DNA of 20,595 bases from contig CAZVVZ010000003.1 of the NCBI GenBank assembly GCA_964631135.1, positions 1 to 20,595 of the forward strand. The letters are read 5' to 3'. The DNA comes from an uncultured Eubacteriales bacterium. GTDB taxonomy: Bacteria; Bacillota; Clostridia; TANB77; RGIG9151. Numbering within the stretch: the stretch's first letter is position 1; every line of letters starts with the position of its first letter. Made by a program: the position numbers and the translations under genes. The notes under the pieces were generated by a model. That model ran no database searches. It was given only the letters and a program-made list of their open reading frames with translations, and was not told the DNA's origin. Shown here piece by piece: positions 1 to 7,339 of this stretch.

Positions 1-1
1 A

Positions 2-604
2 TTCGGAGATAAAGAAATGACGTCTATGCTATACTACTTAGGATATTTAACTATAGAGAAAGAAGAATTCGGAAGTGCAAACCTAGTAATACCGAATAAA
101 ATGATGAGAGAAATATATTCGGATTATTTTCTAAAGGTAATAAATGAAGAAACGAATTTCGATAGGAGTGTAAATTACTCAATACTGACAAGAGACGTAG
201 CAAGGGATGGGAAAATAGACAGCATAGTAGAATTATTAAAAGAATATTTGACTAATTTATCTAATCGAGATTACCAAAAATTCGACGAGAAATATTTAAA
301 ACTAATATTTTACTGTATAGCTATGAATATGCCGATGTATAGAGTAAAATCTGAAATGGAAGTGCAAAGAAAGTATCCGGATTTGGTGTTAATTCCGAGA
401 GAGACAGGAAAAGGCTATTATTCGGTAATGGTAGAGTTTAAATATTTAAAAAAGGAAGATGCTAAAAAGTTAGAAGAAAAGAAACTGGAAGCTAAGGCAC
501 AAATCGAGGAATATGCCGGCTTTGATGAATTAAAGGATTTACCTGATTTGCGGAAATATACAGTTGTGGCTGTAAATGATGAGATTTATGTTGACGAGAT
601 ATAG
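2..604 (+). CDS. PD-(D/E)XK nuclease-family protein (DUF1703-like C-terminal module), 5' end outside window
   Basis: The frame is open from nt 2, so the Met at 17 is probably internal. YPDLVLIPRE...VMVEFKYLKK fits a D...E-x-K nuclease core. From memory, this module is usually fused to a predicted AAA ATPase N-terminus, which would lie upstream of the window. Confidence 0.65.
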   Translation, partial: FGDKEMTSMLYYLGYLTIEKEEFGSANLVIPNKMMREIYSDYFLKVINEETNFDRSVNYSILTRDVARDGKIDSIVELLKEYLTNLSNRDYQKFDEKYLKLIFYCIAMNMPMYRVKSEMEVQRKYPDLVLIPRETGKGYYSVMVEFKYLKKEDAKKLEEKKLEAKAQIEEYAGFDELKDLPDLRKYTVVAVNDEIYVDEI

Positions 605-621
605 GAAGAGGAGATGGAAAA

Positions 622-1149
622 ATGCTGTATTTTGTAAGACATGGGCAAACAGACTGGAATGTAGCGGGAAGAGTTCAGGGAACTAGTGATATTGAGTTAA
701 ATGAAATCGGAATTGCCCAGGCAGAAAAATTAGCACAAGAACTTAAAAATGTAGATATTGATATAATAATTTGTTCTCCGTTAAAACGAGCTAGGAAAAC
801 AGCTGAGATAATTAGCAGGAATAAGAATTGCAAGCTTATAGTAGATGAAGACTTTATAGAACGTCATTTTGGCGAATTCGAGGGAAAAACAAGGAAAGAG
901 TTTCCCGTTGCAGATTTTTGGAATTATAAAGAAAATTTTAAATATCAAAAGGCAGAATGCATAGGAGACTTTTTCGATAGAGTGTATAAAGCATTAGATA
1001 AGCTAAAAGTAAAATATCCGAATAAAAACATACTAGTTGTTTCGCATGGTGGTGTTAGTAGACCTGTAAAATGTTATTTTAATGGTATACCGGAAGATAT
1101 GCTTTCGCTTGGCATGGAGAACTGTGAAGTCGCTAAGTTTGAATTTTAG
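622..1149 (+). CDS. histidine phosphatase family protein (phosphoglycerate-mutase-like)
   Basis: N-terminal RHGQTDWN catalytic motif and distal VVSHGG histidine motif. GAGGAG (608-613) lies 8 nt upstream of the ATG. Confidence 0.85.
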   Translation: MLYFVRHGQTDWNVAGRVQGTSDIELNEIGIAQAEKLAQELKNVDIDIIICSPLKRARKTAEIISRNKNCKLIVDEDFIERHFGEFEGKTRKEFPVADFWNYKENFKYQKAECIGDFFDRVYKALDKLKVKYPNKNILVVSHGGVSRPVKCYFNGIPEDMLSLGMENCEVAKFEF

Positions 1150-1270
1150 GAGACGGTAGATATAGAAATAAAAATTGCCGAAGGAAAAGATGTGTGTTAA
1201 GCAGAAAATAATTGTCTTTTATTTTAAAAATGCTAAGATAAATATGCAGTAAAGTTTATGGAGGTGCTAA

Positions 1271-1396
1271 ATGAAAAGACTAATAATTTTTATACTCGCA
1301 TTACTTTTTATTATTATTGGTGCTAGGAGCGGAGATACCAAACGAACTATGACTAAAGGAAATATAATATGTTTGGAGTGTATTGGCATTGGCTAG
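1271..1396 (+). CDS. small (41 aa) membrane-anchored CXXC peptide, below the ORF-track size cutoff
   Basis: Hand translation gives MKRLIIFILALLFIIIGARSGDTKRTMTKGNIICLECIGIG, followed by a TAG stop at 1394-1396. GGAGG at 1260-1264 lies 6 nt before the ATG. It has one N-terminal hydrophobic helix and a C-terminal C-L-E-C. Its 3' end overlaps the start of the downstream 4Fe-4S gene. It resembles what I recall as the CD1871A-family CXXC peptides (unverified). Confidence 0.55.
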   Translation: MKRLIIFILALLFIIIGARSGDTKRTMTKGNIICLECIGIG

Positions 1397-2222
1397 TAAA
1401 AGAAGGATTATACAGGTTTTAACCACTTTTTTATATAATGCAAATATAAAGAATTTCTTTGAAGGGAAAATCCACCAAGGAATCAGTAAAAGCGTATGTG
1501 TGCCTGGGCTAAATTGCTATTCTTGCCCCGGAGCGGTTAGTGGGTGCCCACTTGGCACTTTACAAAATTCTATTGCAAATCCGGTATTAAAAATTCCTTT
1601 TTACATTATAGGCCTTTTGATGCTATTTGGATTACTATTAGGTAGGGCTATTTGCGGCTTCTTGTGTCCATTTGGCTTTATACAGGAATTGATGTATAAA
1701 ATCCCGAGTAAAAAATTAAAAAAAAGCAAAATGACTTACTATTTATCGTATTTGAAATATGTCATTTTAGGCATATTTGTAGTAGCTATTCCATTGTACT
1801 TTATTTTGACTGGTGGAGAAAGTGTACCTGCATTTTGTAAATATATTTGTCCTGCCGGTACTTTGGAGGCGGGAATACCTCTTGTTATTAGAAACGGCTA
1901 TTTACAAGAAATAATAGGCAATATATTTTACTGGAAGATAGCCGTTTTAATTCTGACATTAGTTGCAGTTATCTTTATATTTAGAGCATTTTGCAGATTT
2001 ATCTGTCCACTTGGAGCAATATATTCGCTATTTAGCAAGATTTCATTATTTGGAATTACAGTAGATCATGAAAAATGTACACATTGTAACAAATGCATAA
2101 ATAGTTGCTTGATGGATGTAAAAGAAGTTGGGGACCACGAGTGCATACATTGCGGAGAATGTAAAAAAGTATGCAGTGGAGGAGCAATATGCTATAAGCT
2201 GAAAGTGGGTGAAAGGAAATGA
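1383..2222 (+). CDS. integral-membrane 4Fe-4S binding protein (NapH/polyferredoxin-like)
   Basis: Contains CYSCPGAVSGCPLG, three repeated C-x3-CP-x-G motifs (CGFLCPFG, CKYICPAG, CRFICPLG), several hydrophobic helices and two C-terminal ferredoxin motifs (CTHCNKCINSC, CIHCGECKKVC). The start is non-ATG, either TTG 1383 or TTG 1389, with GGAG at 1375-1378. Confidence 0.85.
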   Translation: MALASKRRIIQVLTTFLYNANIKNFFEGKIHQGISKSVCVPGLNCYSCPGAVSGCPLGTLQNSIANPVLKIPFYIIGLLMLFGLLLGRAICGFLCPFGFIQELMYKIPSKKLKKSKMTYYLSYLKYVILGIFVVAIPLYFILTGGESVPAFCKYICPAGTLEAGIPLVIRNGYLQEIIGNIFYWKIAVLILTLVAVIFIFRAFCRFICPLGAIYSLFSKISLFGITVDHEKCTHCNKCINSCLMDVKEVGDHECIHCGECKKVCSGGAICYKLKVGERK

Positions 2223-2947
2223 GAAAATTATTACTGATTTTAGGAATAATGGTTGTTTTTACAGGATGCACAAAAGAGGAAGCTAAGAATAGTGAAACTA
2301 TTCAAGCTGATATAGGAAATAAAACTGAAGAACAAGCTGAAGAGTCAAAGACTGAACTTGAGCAAAATGAGATAGACGATCCAACTTATAGTATTAAATC
2401 AGCTGAAAATAATGAAGTAAAAGAAGAAAAGATTAAACAAGAAAAAGTTGAAACAAATAATGAAGAGACGGCTAAACCAACAGATAGTGAAATAAAGAAA
2501 GAAGAAACAAGGGCTATTGCGAGTGAAGGGTATGAGGTAGGAGATAAGGCGATAGATTTTGAAGTAGAACTCTTGAATGGTGAAAAAGCAAAATTGTCAG
2601 ATTACTATGGAAAGCCTATTTTCTTAAACTTTTGGGCTACTTGGTGTGGGCCTTGTGTAAGGGAGATGCCGTATATTCAAGAAGTTAGTGAAGAATATGG
2701 AGATAAGGTGACTATACTAGCGATTGATATAAGTGACTCTAGTGAAGATGTGAAAGTATTTGTGGACAATGCAAAGTATACGTTTAATTTTGGATTAAAT
2801 GAGAGCGGAAGTCTACTTATCACATATAATTCTTATTCAATTCCATTATCTATTTTTATTGATAAGGATGGAATTATTAAAGAAAGGCATGTTGGGTCTA
2901 TGTCGAAAGATACAATGGTTGAGATTGTTGAGAAGATTATTCAATAA
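2219..2947 (+). CDS. TlpA/ResA-type thiol-disulfide oxidoreductase lipoprotein
   Basis: Signal peptide with a lipobox (MVVFTGC), a ~90-aa E/K-rich linker, then a thioredoxin fold with WATWCGPC. An ATGA start/stop overlap with the upstream gene (2219-2222) indicates co-translation. Confidence 0.85.
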   Translation: MRKLLLILGIMVVFTGCTKEEAKNSETIQADIGNKTEEQAEESKTELEQNEIDDPTYSIKSAENNEVKEEKIKQEKVETNNEETAKPTDSEIKKEETRAIASEGYEVGDKAIDFEVELLNGEKAKLSDYYGKPIFLNFWATWCGPCVREMPYIQEVSEEYGDKVTILAIDISDSSEDVKVFVDNAKYTFNFGLNESGSLLITYNSYSIPLSIFIDKDGIIKERHVGSMSKDTMVEIVEKIIQ

Positions 2948-3030
2948 GAGAGAGAAATATGATTGAAATCGAGTTTAAAGAAAATTTTGGGTTAATTTGA
3001 TGTGATAATTTCAATCTGAGGTGGCGCATT

Positions 3031-3447
3031 ATGAAACATTTAGAAGTTGTAGCTGGAGTAATTGTTAACGATGGAAAGATATTGTGTATGCAGCGAAATA
3101 AAGGAAAATATGATTATATATCATATAAATTTGAATTCCCTGGGGGCAAGATAGAAGAGGGAGAAACTAGGTCTGAAGCACTTATGAGAGAACTAAGAGA
3201 AGAAATGGAATTAGATACTAATATAGCTGAATCGGATTTTTTCTTAACTGTTGAGCATACTTACCCGGATTTTTCTATAACTATGCATAGCTTTATATGT
3301 AGAGTGAAGACAGATAAATTTATTAGAAAAGAACATATTGCTCATAAATGGTTAAGACCAAGTGAATTATTAGCTTTGGATTGGGCGGAAGCAGATAAGC
3401 CGATTGTTGAAAAAATAATAAAAGGGGAAAATATCATATGGGAATAG
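3031..3447 (+). CDS. Nudix hydrolase, MutT/NudG-type (deoxy)nucleoside triphosphate pyrophosphohydrolase
   Basis: Nudix box GGKIEEGETRSEALMRELREEMEL. The size (138 aa) and N-terminus (VVAGVI..DGKIL) resemble MutT/NudG. GAGGTGG RBS upstream. Confidence 0.85.
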   Translation: MKHLEVVAGVIVNDGKILCMQRNKGKYDYISYKFEFPGGKIEEGETRSEALMRELREEMELDTNIAESDFFLTVEHTYPDFSITMHSFICRVKTDKFIRKEHIAHKWLRPSELLALDWAEADKPIVEKIIKGENIIWE

Positions 3448-6308
3448 ATTCTAGTTTGGCCGCAAGTTTAAGAACAGGTTTTATAGATGAGACAAACATT
3501 TCGTTGCAAGAATATCAGCCTAAATTATTGGTCAATGATGCAGTAAACGGTAAAAAAGTATTAACTACAATAATAAACGAACTTAGAAAGTGCGATGAGT
3601 TCTTCTTTTCAGTTGCATTTATTACCAATAGTGGAGTAGCAGTCCTGTATAATGTGTTAAAAGAGCTGGAAACTAAAGGGGTTTCTGGCAAAATAATAGC
3701 TTCTCAATATCAAAATTTTACCGAACCTAGTGCACTAGAAAGACTAATAAAATTGAAAAATATTAAACTTAAAATTGTAACTGAAGAAAATTTACATTCA
3801 AAAGGATATATTTTCAAAAAGAATGATAATTATACTTTGATAGTTGGAAGTAGTAATTTGACACAAAATGCACTGAGTATAAACAAAGAGTGGAATGTTA
3901 AAGTATCTTCTATGGAAAAAGGTGCTTTAATATTAAATACACTTGGCGAATTTAATATAACTTTTAATTCAGCGATAGAGGTTACTTCTGAATGGATAGA
4001 GCAATATAAGAAGATATATTTTACAGAGAGAAAAATAGAAAGTGAAATAAAAACCAAGCAAGAAAATACGTTAATTCATATAAACAGAGTTAATCCCAAT
4101 AAGATGCAAATTGAAGCCTTAAAGTCATTAGAAGAGCTTAGAGAAAAAGGCAAGAACAAAGCTTTACTCATATCGGCTACCGGAACTGGTAAGACTTACT
4201 TATCCGCTTTTGATGTAAAGAAGTTCGGAGCGAAGCGGTTCTTATTTGTAGTTCATAGAGAAAATATTGCTAGGGCGGCATTAAAAAGCTTCTGTAAGGT
4301 ATTTGAAGGAAGCAGGAGCATGGGAATTTTGTCTGGTACATCTAAGAATATAGAAAATGATTTCATATTTTCTACCATACAAACATTAAGTAAAGATGAT
4401 ATATTAAATAAGTTTAACAAGGAATATTTTGATTATATAGTTATTGATGAAGTTCATAGGTCCGGCGCAGAATCATATAAAAAAGTGCTTAATTATTTTA
4501 CTCCAAAGTTTTTGTTAGGAATGTCAGCTACTCCTGAAAGAACAGATGGCTTTGATATATTTCAGTTTTTTGATTACAATATTGCTTATGAAATAAGACT
4601 TAATAGAGCCTTGGCTGAAAATATGCTTGTCCCTTTTCACTATTATGGAATAAGTGACTTAACTATAAACGGCGAAGACGTCGACGAAAAAACAGAATTT
4701 AATAAATTGGTGTGTAATGAACGAGTCGACAAAATAATTAGTGTGGCAAGGGAATATGGATGTGATAGAGGAAGAATAAAGGGACTCATTTTTTGCAGCA
4801 GAAAGGAAGAAGCTCATACATTATCAAAAGAGTTTAACGATAGAGGCTTTGACACAATAGCTTTAGACGGAAGCAGTAGTGAGGAATTGAGGGAAGAATG
4901 CATAAAAAAATTAGAAAGTGATGATATGTCTAATAAACTAGATTACATTTTTACCGTAGATATATTTAATGAAGGCATAGATATTCCTGCTATTAACCAA
5001 ATAATAATGCTTAGGCCAACACAATCAGCTATTATTTTTGTACAACAATTAGGTAGAGGGTTAAGGAAATTAGAGAATAAAGAATATTTGACTGTTATTG
5101 ATTTCATAGGCAATTATTCAAATAATTACTTGGTACCAATAGCTTTATACGGAGATAGTTCATATAATAAAGATAAAATTAGGAAACTACTGAATTCTGG
5201 TAGTAGTTTTATTCCCGGTGCATCTACTGTTGACTTTGACTTGATTAGTAAAGAGAAAATCTATAAAGCCATAGATGTGAGTAAAATATCTAAGAAAAAG
5301 GATTTAGAAAGTGATTACAAGCTGCTGAAATATAAGATTGGAAGAAGCCCTTTAATGATGGATTTCATAAAGTTTGGCAGTAGAGATCCAATTGCATATG
5401 TAGAATATAGTAAATCATTCTTCGCGTTTGCTATGAGCATAGAAGATACATTAAAATATATGCTAAGTGTTAATGAATTGGAATTACTAAATTTTTTGTC
5501 TAGTGAGTTTGCACCTGCAAAACGTGTGGAGGAGCTGGCTTTATTATCAGTTTTAATAGAAAAAGGGCAAATTTCAATAGATGACTTTAAAGAAATAATA
5601 AGAGACAACTACGGAATAGAAAGTAGCAAAGAAACTTTGGACAGTATTGTTAATACAATAAATGGAGAGTTTTATAGAAGAAAATCAAAATATGAGTTAG
5701 TCGAAATGGGCAATAAAAGGTATGTAATTGGCAGAGACTTGCAAGAATCACTTACTAATGACATTTTTAAGAAATATTTAGAGGATACAATAGAATATGG
5801 AATCAATAAATTTAGAGGTGGATTCATTAAAGACCAATATGTTGACGGTTTTTCTTTGTATAAAAAATATTCTAGAAAAGATGTATGTAGAGTACTAAAT
5901 TGGGATAAAAATGAAGAATCCACAATGTATGGGTACAGAATAAAGAATAATGCTTGCCCTGTGTTCGTTACATACAAAAAGAGTGAGAACATAAGTGAAA
6001 GTACAAAATATGAAGAAGCATTTATCAATTCTCGGCAGTTTAGCTGGATGACAAGAGCTAGGGTAAATTTAGAGTCATCAGAAATAAAAGCGTTGCAAAA
6101 TTACAAAGATGGTTTAAGGATACCGCTTTTTGTGAAAAAAAGTGACGATGAAGGAAATGATTTTTATTATATGGGAGATATGGAGCCGTTTAAATATAGT
6201 CAAAAATCGATTATTGATAATAAGGGAAACGAGTTACCTATAGTAAATGTTTTATTTAATATGATTAACCAAGTTGAAGATGATATGTACTATTATTTAG
6301 AAAACTAA
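3438..6308 (+). CDS. SauUSI-like Type IV (modification-dependent) restriction endonuclease: N-terminal PLD nuclease, SF2 helicase/ATPase, C-terminal DUF3427-type domain
   Basis: HKD motif HSKGYIF...LIVGSSNLTQNA. Helicase motifs SATGTGKTY (I), VIDEVHRS (II), SATPER (III) and QQLGRGLR (VI). A ~250-aa C-terminal extension is present. Domain order and length (956 aa) match my recollection of S. aureus SauUSI. The ATG overlaps the Nudix 3' end by 10 nt. Confidence 0.8.
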   Translation: MGIDSSLAASLRTGFIDETNISLQEYQPKLLVNDAVNGKKVLTTIINELRKCDEFFFSVAFITNSGVAVLYNVLKELETKGVSGKIIASQYQNFTEPSALERLIKLKNIKLKIVTEENLHSKGYIFKKNDNYTLIVGSSNLTQNALSINKEWNVKVSSMEKGALILNTLGEFNITFNSAIEVTSEWIEQYKKIYFTERKIESEIKTKQENTLIHINRVNPNKMQIEALKSLEELREKGKNKALLISATGTGKTYLSAFDVKKFGAKRFLFVVHRENIARAALKSFCKVFEGSRSMGILSGTSKNIENDFIFSTIQTLSKDDILNKFNKEYFDYIVIDEVHRSGAESYKKVLNYFTPKFLLGMSATPERTDGFDIFQFFDYNIAYEIRLNRALAENMLVPFHYYGISDLTINGEDVDEKTEFNKLVCNERVDKIISVAREYGCDRGRIKGLIFCSRKEEAHTLSKEFNDRGFDTIALDGSSSEELREECIKKLESDDMSNKLDYIFTVDIFNEGIDIPAINQIIMLRPTQSAIIFVQQLGRGLRKLENKEYLTVIDFIGNYSNNYLVPIALYGDSSYNKDKIRKLLNSGSSFIPGASTVDFDLISKEKIYKAIDVSKISKKKDLESDYKLLKYKIGRSPLMMDFIKFGSRDPIAYVEYSKSFFAFAMSIEDTLKYMLSVNELELLNFLSSEFAPAKRVEELALLSVLIEKGQISIDDFKEIIRDNYGIESSKETLDSIVNTINGEFYRRKSKYELVEMGNKRYVIGRDLQESLTNDIFKKYLEDTIEYGINKFRGGFIKDQYVDGFSLYKKYSRKDVCRVLNWDKNEESTMYGYRIKNNACPVFVTYKKSENISESTKYEEAFINSRQFSWMTRARVNLESSEIKALQNYKDGLRIPLFVKKSDDEGNDFYYMGDMEPFKYSQKSIIDNKGNELPIVNVLFNMINQVEDDMYYYLEN

Positions 6309-6314
6309 AAACAT

Positions 6315-6384
6315 GAAATCCTTTTTATTGCTCGCTTTTTTAGAGGAATTTCCTATTACATAAAAAAGGTGGACTATGTCCACC
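6315..6384. repeat. intergenic repeat, related to 8970-9047
   Basis: GAAATCCTTTTTATTGCTCGCTTTTTTAGAGGAATTTCCTATTACATAAAAAAGGTGGAC... aligns with 8970-9047. The differences are a 7-nt indel (CACTCGC) and a few substitutions. It ends in the GGTGGAC hairpin. Confidence 0.8.
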
Positions 6385-6389
6385 TTTTT
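6362..6389. terminator. bidirectional rho-independent terminator between the convergent helicase and abrB genes
   Basis: The structure is A6 (6362-6367), GGTGGAC (6368-6374), loop TAT, GTCCACC (6378-6384), T5 (6385-6389). Confidence 0.75.
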
Positions 6390-6401
6390 ATACAAAATAA
6401 A

Positions 6402-6656
6402 CTAAGCATTTTTTGTAGCCTTTTTAATATCTTTTAAGCAAGCAGAGCAAATATTTTTACCTTTAAAGTTAACAACTTCTCTAGCATTACCGCAAAAGAT
6501 ACAATCAGGTTCATATTTCTTTAATATTATTGAATGACCATCTACATAAATTTCTAAAGCATCTTTTTCTTCAATGTCTAAACTACGTCTTAATTCTATA
6601 GGAAGAACTACACGTCCTAATTCATCTACTTTTCTAACAATACCTGTTGATTTCAT
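6402..6656 (-). CDS. abrB: AbrB-family transition-state regulator
   Basis: The N-terminus MKSTGIVRKVDELGRVVLPIELRRSLDIEEKDALEIYVD..IILKKY is near-identical to B. subtilis AbrB. The C-terminus carries CIFC...CSAC. AAGGAGG RBS upstream. Confidence 0.9.
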   Translation of the reverse strand: MKSTGIVRKVDELGRVVLPIELRRSLDIEEKDALEIYVDGHSIILKKYEPDCIFCGNAREVVNFKGKNICSACLKDIKKATKNA

Positions 6657-6685
6657 AAATTAACGCCTCCTTTTTTAACGTTATA

Positions 6686-6714
6686 ATAATATCATGCATG
6701 GGAAAATAAGTCAA
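6686..6714 (-). promoter_or_regulatory. sigma-A-type promoter of abrB
   Basis: On the minus strand: -35 TTGACT (6709-6714), a 17-nt spacer, and -10 TATTAT (6686-6691), about 30 nt upstream of the abrB ATG. Confidence 0.5.
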
Positions 6715-6716
6715 TA

Positions 6717-6743
6717 CAAAAAATACCAATAATTCGTTATTGG
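6717..6743 (-). terminator. candidate rho-independent terminator for ORF 6833-7201
   Basis: The minus strand reads CCAATAA-CGAA-TTATTGG followed by TATTTTTTG. The stem is 7 bp and AT-rich, so it is weak. Confidence 0.4.
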
Positions 6744-6832
6744 TCAGATCATATGGAAATATATATGTTCAAATTACTACATAAACACATATATTATTTT
6801 ATTTACGTCTGGACAGTAACAAGACTTTTGCA

Positions 6833-7201
6833 CTATAGACTGTTGTTCGATTCGGAATCATTTTTTAGAGTATTTAATAAGTACATCTGCTGAAACATAT
6901 TTATATTATTATTTAAAGTTGAAGTAGGGAAAAGACTTGACGAACTATCCGATGACTGAGTTATTGAACTCAATGTTGATTGAGTGGATAACATCGTTTT
7001 TAGCAGAGAATTTATATCTGTGTCACTAGACTGGGTAGTATCACCGGTAGTTATTTCGGATGATGAAGTGCTTGAAGTTTTAAGCTGACATTTCTCCAAC
7101 ATTTCTTGAAATTTATTATTTACACTGGTTTGAGTTGGTAATTTTGAATTTATATTTTGCAATTTTTCATTAAATAATTGGTTTACACTATTTACATTCA
7201 T
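6833..7201 (-). CDS. hypothetical serine/threonine-rich low-complexity protein (122 aa)
   Basis: A 369-nt ORF is long for this AT-rich DNA. GAGG lies 8 nt upstream of the ATG. There is no competing ORF, signal peptide or recognisable domain. Confidence 0.5.
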   Translation of the reverse strand: MNVNSVNQLFNEKLQNINSKLPTQTSVNNKFQEMLEKCQLKTSSTSSSEITTGDTTQSSDTDINSLLKTMLSTQSTLSSITQSSDSSSSLFPTSTLNNNINMFQQMYLLNTLKNDSESNNSL

Positions 7202-7276
7202 TTTTATCGCCTCAAAAATATTTTAGCATTTTGTAATACTAATGACAAGTAATGAATATTATTTTCATATAGTAGT

Positions 7277-7304
7277 TTGAGCAGTAAATGGGAAATGGTA
7301 TAGT
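7277..7304 (+). promoter_or_regulatory. possible extended -10 promoter upstream of yabP
   Basis: TTGAGC (7277-7282), a 16-nt spacer ending in TG (7296-7297), then TATAGT (7299-7304). B. subtilis yabP is sigma-E dependent, and I could not identify a convincing sigma-E promoter here. Confidence 0.3.
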
Positions 7305-7339
7305 TAATTGGTCTTAATAATAGACGGAAGGGAAGGAGA

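Noticed and set aside
2056-2271. A 71-aa minus-strand ORF overlapping the 4Fe-4S / TlpA gene junction. Similar short antisense ORFs occur at 3830-4057, 5315-6028, 7474-7764, 7976-8167, 16933-17166, 17743-18107, 18132-18317, 19354-19545 and 19823-20041.
   Set aside because: All are embedded antisense in well-supported genes or their start regions. They lack RBSs and have atypical composition, so they are treated as six-frame noise.
2961-3016. 9-nt complementary arms (GATTGAAAT / ATTTCAATC) separated by 38 nt, just upstream of the Nudix RBS.
   Set aside because: The arms are AT-rich, the loop is large, there is no U-tract and I saw no conserved riboswitch-like features. This is compatible with chance in AT-rich DNA.
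6657-6760. I searched the abrB upstream/leader region for Spo0A boxes (TGTCGAA) and the yabP upstream region (7202-7339) for a sigma-E promoter.
   Set aside because: No convincing match to either consensus was found by eye, so neither is reported as a feature.
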